A stretch of DNA of 53,419 nt from the sequence record SRR20825019_2071; one strand, written 5' to 3'. A program made the position numbers and the translations under genes. Below are positions 27,522 to 38,143 of the stretch, piece by piece. The number at the start of each line of letters is the position of its first letter. Position 1 is the first letter of the stretch. The notes beneath the pieces are model-generated. The model worked only from the letters and a program-made list of their open reading frames with translations. It was not told where the DNA came from and did no database searches.

Positions 27522-28466
27522 ATGCTCGAGATGAACACAAGATCAACGAAAGGTGGTGGTAGATCCAACCGACCTTCAGGAAAAGTGACAAAAACAACTT
27601 CGGATAAAGCGAAGTATAGTAAGTCGAAATCGCCTAAGAAAAAAGGCCCAGTAACAAATGCTTCAGAGGACAAGAAAGTTGCTCCAAAGGAAGTTAAAAA
27701 GCACGGAAGGTTTAAGGAGAAGGTACAGAAGGGAGATCCCCTTCCAACCTTTAATACGGACGCAATCCGACTAAATAAATACCTTTCGAACGCAGGAATT
27801 TGTTCTCGTCGCGAAGCGGATGTCTTAATCTCAACAGGACTTGTTTCCGTGAATGGAGAAATAGTGTTGGAGATGGGGTACAAAGTAGCTCCTGAAGACG
27901 TGATTCGTTACGACGGTGGAACAATTAGTGCTGAGAAAAAGCGCTATGTGTTGCTTAATAAGCCAAAAGGGTTTGTGACTACAATGAACGATCCAATGGG
28001 ACGTAAAACAGTTATGGGCTTGGTTAGAAAGGCGTGTAAAGAGCGCGTTTATCCCGTAGGAAGACTTGACAAAGATACCACAGGGTTACTGCTGTTCACG
28101 AATGATGGTGACCTCGCGAAAAAACTCACGCACCCTCTTCACAGAGCTTCGAAAATTTATCAAGTAGAACTAAATAGAAAAGTAAAATCGGAGGATTTGG
28201 CAAAATTGGTCGCTGGAATTGAATTGGAAGATGGAATTTCGCGCTTCGATAAAGCAGAATTTGCTGATGAACATGATGCACATGTTATTGGTGTTGAACT
28301 TCATTCTGGAAAAAACAGAGTGGTAAGAAGATCGTTTGAAGCACTTGGATATGTTGTAACAAAGCTTGATCGTGTAACGTTTGCGGGATTAACGAAAAAA
28401 GATCTTCCAAGAGGAATGTATAGACTTTTGACAGAAAAAGAAGTCGCGTTTTTAAAAATGAAATAG
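27522..28466 (+). CDS. rluB: S4-domain pseudouridine synthase, RluB/RsuA family (start 27522 or 27531)
   Basis: RLNKYLSNAGICSRREAD, LLNKPKG, PVGRLDKDTTGLLLFTNDG; TATCTTTG promoter at 27503-27510 argues against the GTG at 27471. Confidence 0.85.
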   Translation: MLEMNTRSTKGGGRSNRPSGKVTKTTSDKAKYSKSKSPKKKGPVTNASEDKKVAPKEVKKHGRFKEKVQKGDPLPTFNTDAIRLNKYLSNAGICSRREADVLISTGLVSVNGEIVLEMGYKVAPEDVIRYDGGTISAEKKRYVLLNKPKGFVTTMNDPMGRKTVMGLVRKACKERVYPVGRLDKDTTGLLLFTNDGDLAKKLTHPLHRASKIYQVELNRKVKSEDLAKLVAGIELEDGISRFDKAEFADEHDAHVIGVELHSGKNRVVRRSFEALGYVVTKLDRVTFAGLTKKDLPRGMYRLLTEKEVAFLKMK

Positions 28467-29156
28467 ATGAAGTTATTGATATTCATAGCGTTGGGAGTTA
28501 TTGCACTAAGTTCGTGTGGTGAAAAATCGGAAATGTCTGACAATGAATTTTTTGACTATTTCTACGCTTATGACACTATTCCAAAGGTTTACGTGTATAG
28601 AAATATTTCAAATGGTCTAGAAGAGGAATTTCACCGAGTTTTTGCTATCAATGATTCCGAAGGAAAACATGTGATCGTTGAAATATACGCTGAAGATGGT
28701 CGGATTTTGGAAGCGTTGAATTACAATATTGATAGTTTGGACATCGCTGATCACATGGTCGTGAATCTTGAGCAGGAAAATACACAAGCAATTGTTTCTG
28801 AGAACCAGATCATGCCAATGTCGAAAAAAGACAAAGGAATTTTCGCTACAAACTTCCCAGGTGTTATGGATTCCACATTTTTCTTAAAATACATTGAAAG
28901 ATCCTTCGTTAAAGAAGGTAAGGCTGATGTTTTAGGGAAGAACGTTGCAACTGTTGAATTCATGGACGACATCATGCTTAAACTTTACAATCCATGGAAG
29001 AAATTGGAAGATGTAAGAGAAGGAAAAGCAACTCAGATTTTTGCGAAAGGTTATGGCTTGATAGAATGGTCTTCTGAAAATAAGGAAGTACATTACAAGC
29101 TAGAAAAAGTGATCTCTCAAAGTGAATTTGTAAAATTAATGGCAAGAAACAAATGA
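28467..29156 (+). CDS. Hypothetical lipoprotein
   Basis: LSSC lipobox; C-terminal FAKGYGLIEW; abuts rluB. Confidence 0.78.
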   Translation: MKLLIFIALGVIALSSCGEKSEMSDNEFFDYFYAYDTIPKVYVYRNISNGLEEEFHRVFAINDSEGKHVIVEIYAEDGRILEALNYNIDSLDIADHMVVNLEQENTQAIVSENQIMPMSKKDKGIFATNFPGVMDSTFFLKYIERSFVKEGKADVLGKNVATVEFMDDIMLKLYNPWKKLEDVREGKATQIFAKGYGLIEWSSENKEVHYKLEKVISQSEFVKLMARNK

Positions 29157-30028
29157 TAAGAATCGTAATCATAGCATGCTTATTTTTAATTCCAGTCACC
29201 GCATCAGCGCAGAGTAGGAAAAAACAGAAAATATCGCATGCGAAGGGAACGCTTTTTGGTTATTGGGGCTACAACCGCAGTGGATACACAAAAAGTGACA
29301 TTCGTTTTCAAGGTCCAGGATATGATTTCACATTGGGTGGGTCAGTGGCACATGACAATCAATCGCGATTTAGCGCAGATTCTTATTTGAATCCGCGTAA
29401 CATAACAGTACCTCAATTCAACGCTAGAATCGGATATTATTTTGCGCATCACTGGGCGATTTCCTTCGGGTACGATCACATGAAATACATCTTTAAGGAT
29501 GGAAATCAAGTGTTGTTAAGCGGGACTATTGCGCCAGGTGTAGATCAGGAAACAAATTGGTCGGGAATCTATAATTCGGAGCCAGTAACAACAAACAGAG
29601 AGCAATTTCACTACGAAAACTCAAATGGGTTGAACTACTTGAGATTTGAATTAACTAGAACGGATTTACTTTTCGCTACTGGATCAAAAGATCAATTTGC
29701 CATTTCTTCTAATTTGGGAGTCTCAACAGGTTCTCTTTTATCTTTCAACGATTTTACGTTTGCTGGACAAAAGGATGTTACTACGGTTTCAATGTCGGGA
29801 TACGGCGTTTCAGCACATGCTGGACTCAGATTTGAATTTTTCAGACATGCTTTTATTGGAACAAACTTTAGCGGAGGATTCAATCATCAGTTGAAAGTAA
29901 GAACCCGTCAAAATGATCCTTCGTCATTTGCTCGTCACAAATATGGGTACTACGAATACAACGCCGTTGTAGGATTTCTGTTCTATATCCGCCCAACGAA
30001 TTCCTGCGATAGCTGCCCAATTTGGTAA
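29153..30028 (+). CDS. Putative outer-membrane beta-barrel protein
   Basis: Signal peptide; YWGYNR..Y.KSDI.F.G..YDFTL, PQFNARIGY, DHMKY; alternating aromatic strands. Confidence 0.72.
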   Translation: MIRIVIIACLFLIPVTASAQSRKKQKISHAKGTLFGYWGYNRSGYTKSDIRFQGPGYDFTLGGSVAHDNQSRFSADSYLNPRNITVPQFNARIGYYFAHHWAISFGYDHMKYIFKDGNQVLLSGTIAPGVDQETNWSGIYNSEPVTTNREQFHYENSNGLNYLRFELTRTDLLFATGSKDQFAISSNLGVSTGSLLSFNDFTFAGQKDVTTVSMSGYGVSAHAGLRFEFFRHAFIGTNFSGGFNHQLKVRTRQNDPSSFARHKYGYYEYNAVVGFLFYIRPTNSCDSCPIW

Positions 30029-30041
30029 TAAAGCTCAAGCG

Positions 30042-32477
30042 TTACTCTTTAACACTTACCTTTCTTCCTCGGACTTTAAAATCAATTCGGTAATAGAAAA
30101 TTGGCAAGAATCCGAGTTGTAATCGCTCTGCGGTTGGCTCTTGTGTCGGATCGAATAAGTTTGGAGCGTACGTCAAACTGAGCAAGTTTCGCTGTGCGGT
30201 AATGTTTACCAAATCCAATCCGATTTCATGCGTTACGTTGCTTGTGTTTAGCTTCCAATTGATTTTCGCGTCCAATCTAAAGTAATCTCTAAATTGCCTT
30301 TCATTGAAAAGTGAATCTTTGAACACAATTTCTTGCTGATAGTTGGTTTCATCAACATCCACATATCCGTAGCGCTTACCACCAGCAAAGGTTGTTTTAA
30401 ATCCTACAGAGATCGACTGACGTGCGTTCAATTTAAATTCTTTTCCTCCAAGTAGATTGGCAATGTAATTTCCGTTATATGAAGTGTTTCTTTCAATTCC
30501 GTCGCTTCCTGTATATCTTGAGTCATAAATCGTTCCAGTGAATAGGAAGAAGAATGATTTATCAAAAAATTTCTGAAGGGTGATTTCTGCTCCATAATTA
30601 ACTCCTGTGCCTTTATTCTCAAGGGGTTCAGGGAAGAATCGTGCGAAGCCACTTCCCATATTGATGAGTGAAAATGAAGAAGGTTGAATAGTAACCGGGA
30701 TGTTGTAGAGGTATTGATAATACGCCTCAAACTTTAGATTCAAACTCTTTTTAAACGCTTTTTCGTAGCCAACTCCACTGTGCAGACTGCGAGAAAAATC
30801 CATGTCCTTATTGTGATACACTTTGTTTCCTAAAGAGTCTAACTGATGATAGAGGTAGGTATACATCGGTTGCGTTTGACTATGCGCACCTGCTCCTGCA
30901 AAAATGGCTTGTCCTTTTGGCAAACTCATTTTCCATCCAACGCGTGGCTCAACAGGGCTCAAGCTGTTGCTTAGACTAAAATACTGACTGTGCAATCCAG
31001 CGGTAAACGCCATTTTTTCAGTTATTCTCCATTTCATCTGAACGAAAGGCTGAACCAGTGCCGCACCGCCTTGATAATCCCAACGGTTCACAAAGGAAGA
31101 ATGATCCGGTTGAAGAACAGAATCGATCATATTGTAATAATACGCGTCTAGATTGATCCCTGCTTTTATCAAGAACTGACGGCTAATTTTGTGGTTCCAA
31201 CCAAAAAAACCTGAAACCTTTGAAGTTTTATAGGCATAACCCATCAGCGGGTAGATGCTATCAATTGTAATGGATGAGTCAGCAGGATTAACAGAGCGTG
31301 CTAAGAAATCGTGGTGCGAGTGTTGATCTTCGTACGAATAAGCAAGTGTTGCAGCAATGTACGTGTTTTCGTTTAGTGGCTTTTTGTATGAAAGTCCTAC
31401 GACACCCATAGCGGTTCCAAAATATTGATCTCTGTCTCCTTCACCATACAATTCAGTAGAACTAGGATCTTGTTTGGAAATTTCTATCGCAATACTACTC
31501 GCGCCGCCAATGGCAAAAAGGGATAGAGAGCCTCCTTTTTTTAGTTGCCAGTTAAACTTAAATGCACCGTCTCCATAAACAGGGATGGCATCTGTTCCTA
31601 GTTGAATTCCCATGGCTTTGAAGAGACTCAAGGTGGAATATCTTCCCATTGCGAGATAACTTGCTTTTCCGTCTTTTTTTAACGGTCCTTCGGCCATGAA
31701 TTCCGTACCAAGAAATCCAAATTGTCCTGTAAATTCGTGTTGATTATTGTTTCCGTTTCTTAGCTTCAAATCAAACACGCCAGAAGTTGAGTTCCCATAT
31801 TCTGCTGGAAATGCACTCATGAAGAAATCAGAATTCGCTAAAATTTTATTGTTGAGAATAGAAACAGGGCCTCCAGTACTTCCTGAAATTGCGAAATGAG
31901 AAGGGTTTGGAATGTCGATTCCTTCCACTTTCCAGACAACGCCCAATGGAGAATTTCCACGGATAACGATATCATTTCTAGAGTCATCCGCGCCACCTAC
32001 ACCCGCGAAGTTAGACACCATTCGAGCTGGGTCAGAGCGAGATCCTGGGTACCTGTCTGTTTCAGCAACGCTAAATTCTTGAGCCGAAATCAGCGCCATT
32101 TCATTAATCACCTGACCTTGTTTGCGTGAACGAACCGTAACCTCTTCTTGGGTTACAACTTTTTCTTGCATAGGAATATTTACAACGGTTTCTTTTCCAG
32201 AATTTACTTCAACCGTAATTTCTTTGATCTGATAAGTGAGGTAACTGCACACGAGTTGATGTTTTCCAACGGTAATCTCTGGCAAGAGGAAGTTTCCATC
32301 TACATCCGATTTGGTGATATAGCGTTTTGTAGAATCCGTCGTGAAAAGCTGAACTTTCACATCAAAAAGAGGGAACTGTGTTTCAGAATCAACGACCTTT
32401 CCACGAACATTTTGCGTTGGTTGAGCAAGTGCAATTAGGGAGAATACGCTAAAAGCGAGTGAAAGTAGTGTTTTCAT
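30042..32477 (-). CDS. TonB-dependent receptor with carboxypeptidase-regulatory-like N-terminal domain
   Basis: VRGKVVDSET, DPARMVSNFAGV..DD.RNDIVIRGNSP plug, FPAEYGN, C-terminal YYRIDF. Confidence 0.92.
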   Translation of the reverse strand: MKTLLSLAFSVFSLIALAQPTQNVRGKVVDSETQFPLFDVKVQLFTTDSTKRYITKSDVDGNFLLPEITVGKHQLVCSYLTYQIKEITVEVNSGKETVVNIPMQEKVVTQEEVTVRSRKQGQVINEMALISAQEFSVAETDRYPGSRSDPARMVSNFAGVGGADDSRNDIVIRGNSPLGVVWKVEGIDIPNPSHFAISGSTGGPVSILNNKILANSDFFMSAFPAEYGNSTSGVFDLKLRNGNNNQHEFTGQFGFLGTEFMAEGPLKKDGKASYLAMGRYSTLSLFKAMGIQLGTDAIPVYGDGAFKFNWQLKKGGSLSLFAIGGASSIAIEISKQDPSSTELYGEGDRDQYFGTAMGVVGLSYKKPLNENTYIAATLAYSYEDQHSHHDFLARSVNPADSSITIDSIYPLMGYAYKTSKVSGFFGWNHKISRQFLIKAGINLDAYYYNMIDSVLQPDHSSFVNRWDYQGGAALVQPFVQMKWRITEKMAFTAGLHSQYFSLSNSLSPVEPRVGWKMSLPKGQAIFAGAGAHSQTQPMYTYLYHQLDSLGNKVYHNKDMDFSRSLHSGVGYEKAFKKSLNLKFEAYYQYLYNIPVTIQPSSFSLINMGSGFARFFPEPLENKGTGVNYGAEITLQKFFDKSFFFLFTGTIYDSRYTGSDGIERNTSYNGNYIANLLGGKEFKLNARQSISVGFKTTFAGGKRYGYVDVDETNYQQEIVFKDSLFNERQFRDYFRLDAKINWKLNTSNVTHEIGLDLVNITAQRNLLSLTYAPNLFDPTQEPTAERLQLGFLPIFYYRIDFKVRGRKVSVKE

Positions 32478-32487
32478 AAAGGTGCGT

Positions 32488-34230
32488 TTATTGCTTTACG
32501 GCAAGTTGCTCTTGATATTCCGCAGCAGTCCATTCTTTCAAATACACACGTGTAAAATCGTAGGTATTTAGAGCGTTAAAATGGAAATCTCGAATGTATG
32601 AGTACGTAATCTCAATATCTCCAGTATACCAAAGAGGAATGATTGGAGGGTCTTCCATTAGAGCAATTTCGGCTTTAGAAAAGTTAATCATCTGATCGGT
32701 TTTCTTCGGCGCTGCTTTACCAGCTTCGTAAAATTGATCAAATATTGGATTCTTATAGCGAGAATAATTTAGTTTCGATGGCTCATTTGGATCGTCGGGA
32801 ACGAATTTTCCGTAGAAATTCATGAGAAACGATTCTGGACTAGGATAATCTGCGCTCCATCCCATTCGGAAAATATCCCCGTTTCCTGTCTCCCAGTCTT
32901 TCTGAAGTTGCTCGAATGTGGATCCGTCGATATTAATATTGATTCCAAGGACTTGAGAGATTTGCTTTGAAAACTCATCCGCCACTGTAGAGTGGATGTC
33001 GTTGATGTTAAAACGAAGTTCAACAGAGCCAAATCCTTCACCATTTGGATAGCCAGCTTCGGCCAGTAATTTCCGTGCTTTTTCAGGATTGTAATCGTAT
33101 CCTGTTTTTCGAATGCTCTTAAAGTCATACCCTCTAAGTGCTTTAGATACAGGTGGCGTAATTCCGTAGTAACCAAGATCATAGTATTGATTCCGAAGGA
33201 TTTCTCGACCGATAACTTCCTTGTTAATGGCGTAGTTAAATGCTCTACGAACACGAGGGTCTTTAAAACGCTCGTCTTTTAAGTTGAAAAAGTAAAAGTT
33301 GGCCTCCAAAAGCGGATTGTTGGCAAGGACTAACTTAGGAGGTTTTGAGTTAAAATCTTTGATTCTACCCTCTAGCATGAGAGTGATTCTACTGGTGGGC
33401 AACCCGGCAATTAGATCAATTTGTTTCGCTTCAAACATATCTAGTTGCTCCAATTTCTTGCTTTGAACCACAAATACGAGGCTATCCAAATAAGGAAGAG
33501 CGTTTCCTTCATCATCCTTTAGATAGTAATCATTGTTTTTAACAAGTACAATTCTAGGCACTTCACCCTGCTCATATTTTGAAAAAACAAACGGCCCTGT
33601 ACCTACTACGTTAAAGTCTGATTCCTTTCCTATCAAGGATTTCGGAGTGATTGCGGCATTCACGTTAGTTAATTTGTGAAGGAAGTTGTTATCTTCATTT
33701 AGTAGCTCAAAACTGATCGTATTTCCTTTGACGGTTAGTCCACTGATAGAAGTTGCTTTGCGTGCATTGAATTCATCTGCTCCCTTCAGCAAACCTTGAA
33801 AAATATAAGAGTATGTGGAAGCAGTATTTCCAGTTTTATCCGAAGTACAAGCAATTTCAATAGAACTTACGACATCTTCAGCAGTGAATTTTCGCTGTGC
33901 TTCTGAAAGCAAATCAGATTGATGAAACAAAACATCCTCTCTCAGTGTGAACGTATAAGTAAGACCATCTGCGCTCTTTGTCCACGATTCTGCAAGCTTG
34001 GGAATAACGGTTGAATTCTTTGGATCGAGAGAAACTAAACCTTCTACCAATTGAGAAAGAACAGTGGCAGAGTAATAATCAGTAACATTTCGCGCAACAT
34101 ACGTAGAAGGCTCGTGCTCTAATGCCATAGTAAGAGTACCTCCGCTAAATTCAAATTGTTTGGAGTCTTTCCTACCGCAACTTGCGAAGAAAAGGGTAGT
34201 TAGCAGTATGTTGAATATCCATATTCTCAT
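32488..34230 (-). CDS. Family-5 (OppA/DppA-like) solute-binding lipoprotein
   Basis: FASC lipobox; P.LAESW..S.DG.TYTF.LR, VGTGPF, VRRAFNYAINK, YNPEKARKLLAEAGY, W.ADYP. Confidence 0.92.
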   Translation of the reverse strand: MRIWIFNILLTTLFFASCGRKDSKQFEFSGGTLTMALEHEPSTYVARNVTDYYSATVLSQLVEGLVSLDPKNSTVIPKLAESWTKSADGLTYTFTLREDVLFHQSDLLSEAQRKFTAEDVVSSIEIACTSDKTGNTASTYSYIFQGLLKGADEFNARKATSISGLTVKGNTISFELLNEDNNFLHKLTNVNAAITPKSLIGKESDFNVVGTGPFVFSKYEQGEVPRIVLVKNNDYYLKDDEGNALPYLDSLVFVVQSKKLEQLDMFEAKQIDLIAGLPTSRITLMLEGRIKDFNSKPPKLVLANNPLLEANFYFFNLKDERFKDPRVRRAFNYAINKEVIGREILRNQYYDLGYYGITPPVSKALRGYDFKSIRKTGYDYNPEKARKLLAEAGYPNGEGFGSVELRFNINDIHSTVADEFSKQISQVLGININIDGSTFEQLQKDWETGNGDIFRMGWSADYPSPESFLMNFYGKFVPDDPNEPSKLNYSRYKNPIFDQFYEAGKAAPKKTDQMINFSKAEIALMEDPPIIPLWYTGDIEITYSYIRDFHFNALNTYDFTRVYLKEWTAAEYQEQLAVKQ

Positions 34231-34470
34231 CGAGAGTAGCTTTACATGTATCTACAAGAATAATAAAAAACTAGGAAAGCTTGGGTATAAACTTATTCGT
34301 TTCGAACAAAAATGTTTGTCATCTCGGAGTCTTGACGAATCAAAATAATGTTGAAATGTCTTCTTGTGAATTATTCATTCAAAAACTATGTTAATCTCAT
34401 AAAACATATTATATTTGTCCGTTACGGGTAATCTATAGCTGAATCGTCACTATATACTTTGATACACAGA

Positions 34471-35268
34471 ATGAGAAATTTCATATTGATTGTACTACTG
34501 GTATTCCTTGCCACATCTGTTGATGCGGCTTTATCTGTTGAGGGAACTTACCAAGGTAAAAACTTGTATATTCAAAATCCAATGGATGACGAAGGTTTTG
34601 GATATTGCGCAACCAAGGTTACGGTAAATGGCGATATCATGCCTGGGGGAACCAGCATGGGAGCTTTCGAAATAGACTTCGCTCAGTTTAATATTGAGAT
34701 AGGAGAGCCTGTATTTATTGTCATTGAACACAATGATGGTTGTAAGCCTAAAATTTTAAATCCAGAAGTTTTACTTCCAAGATCTACTTTTGTTGTAAAG
34801 AATATGACAGTTACTGCTGATGGAGTGGTTAAATGGTCTACAACAGGAGAGCAAGGTAAGTTGCCTTTCGTGATTGAACAATACAGATGGAATAAATGGG
34901 TTCCAGTTGGAGAAGTTCAAGGAAAGGGTTCTGCTGGGGAGAACAAATACGAAACTAAAGTTGTTCCTCACTCTGGAGAGAATATTGTCAGAATCGTTCA
35001 GGTAGATCATTCTGGAACTAAACGACCTTCACAAGAGGTTAAGTTTGTATCCACCGTTGAAAAGGTAACGAAAACACCTGCAAAAGTGAAGGACGAAATT
35101 AAGTTCTTGGCGAATGGAAAAGATGTTGAAACGCGTTATGAGATTTATGACGCCTACGGAAACATCGTTAAGAAAGGAGTTGGATCAAAAGTAAATTGTA
35201 CGAACTTACTGAAAGGTGTTTACTACATTAACTTTGATAATGTCAACGAAAAGTTCATTAAGAATTAG
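34471..35268 (+). CDS. Exported hypothetical protein with a CTD-like C-terminus
   Basis: Signal peptide MRNF..AALS; C-terminal YEIYDAYGNIVK.G...KGVYYI...KFIK resembles a T9SS sorting tail. Confidence 0.75.
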   Translation: MRNFILIVLLVFLATSVDAALSVEGTYQGKNLYIQNPMDDEGFGYCATKVTVNGDIMPGGTSMGAFEIDFAQFNIEIGEPVFIVIEHNDGCKPKILNPEVLLPRSTFVVKNMTVTADGVVKWSTTGEQGKLPFVIEQYRWNKWVPVGEVQGKGSAGENKYETKVVPHSGENIVRIVQVDHSGTKRPSQEVKFVSTVEKVTKTPAKVKDEIKFLANGKDVETRYEIYDAYGNIVKKGVGSKVNCTNLLKGVYYINFDNVNEKFIKN

Positions 35269-35288
35269 AGATTAACTTTATATATACG

Positions 35289-35317
35289 AACCCTGATCTA
35301 ACAATCAGGGTTTTTTT
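35289..35317 (+). terminator. Intrinsic terminator
   Basis: AACCCTGAT-CTAACA-ATCAGGGTT stem plus T tract. Confidence 0.8.
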
Positions 35318-35322
35318 ATGCC

Positions 35323-35742
35323 ATGGTAAAGAGGATAGAACATTTGGGAATTGCGGTTGAGAGTATTGAGAAGTCGTTAGAAGTCTTCGAGAAACTTCTT
35401 GGAACAAACTGCTACAAAGAAGAAATGGTGGAGTCTGAAGGTGTGAAAACGGCATTCTTGCAAGTTGGAGAGTCGAAGATAGAACTCTTGGAAGCGACAA
35501 ACCCGGAATCACCGATCGCGAAATTTCTTGAGAAGAGGGGGAGTGGATTTCACCACGTAGCATTTGAGGTGGATGATATTGATTCGGAATTGGTGCGTTT
35601 AGAAAAGGAAGGGTTTGTGCTTATTCATCAAAGCCCAAAGAATGGAGCGGATAATAAACGTATAGCGTTCCTCCATCCAAAATCAACCGATGGACTCTTG
35701 GTTGAGTTGTGTCAAGAAAAAAGCTCAGAAAGTAATTCTTGA
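35323..35742 (+). CDS. mce: Methylmalonyl-CoA epimerase
   Basis: IEHLGIAV, KIELLE, GFHHVAF, AFLHPKST.G.LVELCQ. Confidence 0.93.
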   Translation: MVKRIEHLGIAVESIEKSLEVFEKLLGTNCYKEEMVESEGVKTAFLQVGESKIELLEATNPESPIAKFLEKRGSGFHHVAFEVDDIDSELVRLEKEGFVLIHQSPKNGADNKRIAFLHPKSTDGLLVELCQEKSSESNS

Positions 35743-36329
35743 GAAGTCAAATGAAGGGTTTTTAGACCAATTTGTTTTGCTCCTTCAATGTGCTGAAGAG
35801 AATCGTCAATGAAAAGAGTCTTAGAAGGATTCAAACCTTGTTCATCGCACACGAACTGGAATGTTTCAGGGTGAGGTTTTCTTTTTCCAAGTGTGTGAGA
35901 CAAATACACTTTTTCAAATAAATCATCAGGCATTAATTCCGAAGTCTTCGCCCATTCTGTATATGCTTTTGGAATGTGGATCTCGTTTGTGTTACTCAAC
36001 ATGAATAAACGATGGTTTTTACCAAGATGTTGAAGTAAATCAATGGAGGATTGAGGAACATTGAGAATCATTGCATTCCATGCTGAAACTACTTTATTTG
36101 GCGAAGTTCCAGAAGGTAGAAAATCCAGCATGCCGTTGATGAAGCGTTGTGCAGAAATCTTTCCCGTTTCTAAATCATCGAAGAGATTCGATTGTTTCGC
36201 CTGTGAATAAAGCCCCTCAAAGTCTTCAATCCCAAGTTGCTTGAAGCGTTCAATGGTTAATTGATAATCGAGGTTTATTAAAACTCCTCCGAAATCAAAT
36301 ATTATGGCCTCAATTTGTGTAAGATTCAT
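35712..36329 (-). CDS. HAD family phosphatase (YihX-like)
   Basis: IFDFGGVL, LSNTN.IH, RKP, FIDDS. Confidence 0.9.
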   Translation of the reverse strand: MNLTQIEAIIFDFGGVLINLDYQLTIERFKQLGIEDFEGLYSQAKQSNLFDDLETGKISAQRFINGMLDFLPSGTSPNKVVSAWNAMILNVPQSSIDLLQHLGKNHRLFMLSNTNEIHIPKAYTEWAKTSELMPDDLFEKVYLSHTLGKRKPHPETFQFVCDEQGLNPSKTLFIDDSLQHIEGAKQIGLKTLHLTSQELLSELFS

Positions 36330-36342
36330 CCCTCAAAGAAAC

Positions 36343-36376
36343 AAAAAAGCCCGATTTCCATAATGAAAACCGGGCT
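36343..36376 (-). terminator. Intrinsic terminator of the YceI gene
   Basis: AGCCCG.TTTC stem followed by a T tract on the minus strand. Confidence 0.75.
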
Positions 36377-36393
36377 CTTTCTTTTCTAGTTTA

Positions 36394-37008
36394 TTATTTC
36401 GTCAATGCAATGTTGATATCGAATTCAACCATTGGACTAATTCCTTCTCCTGTATCTGGGTTCGCTTGGAAACCTGGAATATTCAAAGATGTAAAGTCAA
36501 ACTTAAATTTACCTGTGATCTTCGCTCCGTTATCGTCAGTTGTAATATCTGCTTTAACATCTTGCGTAACTTTCTGACCAAGAATGTCTAACGTAGTTGA
36601 TAGCATTCCGTTTTTATATTCACCCAATGTTACCGTAACCGTTGGATGCTTTGGCACTTGGAAAAACATGTTTTCTGGATGATCTGCATCTACCATTGTT
36701 CCCATTAAGTGACCTTCCAAATAGTTTCCTTTTTCTTCAACTAGGTCAGTATTTGAAATAGTTGTCATGTCTACTACAAACGATCCAGATGTAAGTTCAC
36801 CGTTCGTCATTGTAATTGTTCCTTCAGAAAGTTTCACCGTTCCCGTGTGGAAGTACTCAGGACTCATCATTCCCATCCAATTGATTGTTGAATTGTCCTT
36901 ATCTAGTGAGTAATTCAGTACGATAACTTCTTCTTCTATCGTTTCTGGAGTTGAGCAAGAAGCAGAAAGTAATGCTGTTGCCGCCATTAATAATCCAAAT
37001 GTTTTCAT
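36394..37008 (-). CDS. YceI family lipoprotein
   Basis: SASC lipobox; S.INW.G, HTGTV.L.EG, G.F.VDMTTI, L.GHL...FF.V..HP. Confidence 0.85.
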   Translation of the reverse strand: MKTFGLLMAATALLSASCSTPETIEEEVIVLNYSLDKDNSTINWMGMMSPEYFHTGTVKLSEGTITMTNGELTSGSFVVDMTTISNTDLVEEKGNYLEGHLMGTMVDADHPENMFFQVPKHPTVTVTLGEYKNGMLSTTLDILGQKVTQDVKADITTDDNGAKITGKFKFDFTSLNIPGFQANPDTGEGISPMVEFDINIALTK

Positions 37009-37113
37009 GTTTGTTTCTTTTTTTTAGCAAATATATGAAAAAATATACCATGGTAAATAAATTAACAAAATTTATTTGTTCGCTTACTTTTTTGAATTAA
37101 TTATCTTTCAAGA

Positions 37114-37875
37114 ATGAAACTATATCTCGACTCAGAAACATACATCGAAACAGCTCAGCCTATTGATCTTTCCATTGGATTGTCGAATACGTTGGAGAAT
37201 CCTAGAGCGTGGTATGTTGACCCTCCCGTTTTCGAACCAGTTCGGACGGAGCATTACGTAGGGTCTGTAGCTGAAGGTGGAGTGGTTAATTTCAGAAATA
37301 TCGCGTTCAATCCTCATGGACATGGAACGCACACTGAATGTTTGGGACATATTACCGAAAATGTATATTCTGTGAATGCTTCAATGAAGGAATTCATGAT
37401 GAAGGCGAGAGTCGTCACTATTGAACCAAGGGAAATTAAAGGTTCAGCTGGGGAAATGGATCTTGTAATTTATAAAGATCAACTGATTTTAGAAGGTTTT
37501 TCTGGAGATGCATTGGTGATTCGCACTTCACCAAACGATCTATCTAAGAAAACAATGAATTATTCCGAGAGCAATCCACCGTATTTGGATTATACATGCG
37601 CAGAGCATCTCGTAAGTCTTGGAGTCAAACATCTTTTAATCGACCTCCCCTCAGTAGATAAGGAAAACGATGGAGGCGCTTTGGCATTTCATCACGGTTT
37701 TTGGGAAGTTCCTGAGAATCCCAATTTTGAGCGAACGATTACGGAATTGATTTACGTCCCAAATAGCGTTGAAGACGGGGATTATATTTTAGAATTACAA
37801 GTGGCGCCATTCGAAAACGATGCTGCGCCTAGCAGACCTGTTCTTTACACTATACAAAAAGAGAGGACTCAATGA
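37114..37875 (+). CDS. Cyclase family metal-dependent hydrolase (kynurenine formamidase-like)
   Basis: NPHGHGTHTECLGH (HxGTHxE/D..H), LIDLPSVD, ITELIY, DAAPSRP. Confidence 0.85.
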   Translation: MKLYLDSETYIETAQPIDLSIGLSNTLENPRAWYVDPPVFEPVRTEHYVGSVAEGGVVNFRNIAFNPHGHGTHTECLGHITENVYSVNASMKEFMMKARVVTIEPREIKGSAGEMDLVIYKDQLILEGFSGDALVIRTSPNDLSKKTMNYSESNPPYLDYTCAEHLVSLGVKHLLIDLPSVDKENDGGALAFHHGFWEVPENPNFERTITELIYVPNSVEDGDYILELQVAPFENDAAPSRPVLYTIQKERTQ

Positions 37876-37884
37876 ATCCTCTCT
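37856..37884 (-). terminator. Minus-strand intrinsic terminator overlapping the cyclase stop codon
   Basis: Minus strand AGAGAGGATTC-ATT-GAGTCCTCTCT-TTTT; the single imperfection is a G-U pair only on the minus strand. Confidence 0.8.
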
Positions 37885-38139
37885 AATGTGTTAGTAGTAA
37901 ATTAATCAATAAGTAGTAGTAAACAACAATATCTTCAATAGAAGAATAAACCTAATCAATCGGTTAAAAAAATCAGGAATTTTCTCTAAGCTCTGTGTTT
38001 CCACATTGAACTATTGAATTCACTAAGAACTGTTATACTCTTTAATCAAACTAGAAAATGAAGCTGCCTCTCCAAGCAGCGTGAATCCAATATTTCAAAT
38101 AACTATGAGAAAATTTCCTGATATTTCTCCTTATTTCTT
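37856..38139 (-). ncRNA. Candidate structured sRNA downstream of the LytTR regulator
   Basis: No ORF; long-range 15-bp stem, GGAG-loop hairpin, repeated motifs, terminator, upstream promoter-like element. Confidence 0.45.
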
Positions 38140-38143
38140 GAAA

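Noticed and set aside
35712-35742. 31-bp convergent overlap of the mce and HAD 3' ends
   Set aside because: Short tail-to-tail overlaps are common in compact genomes
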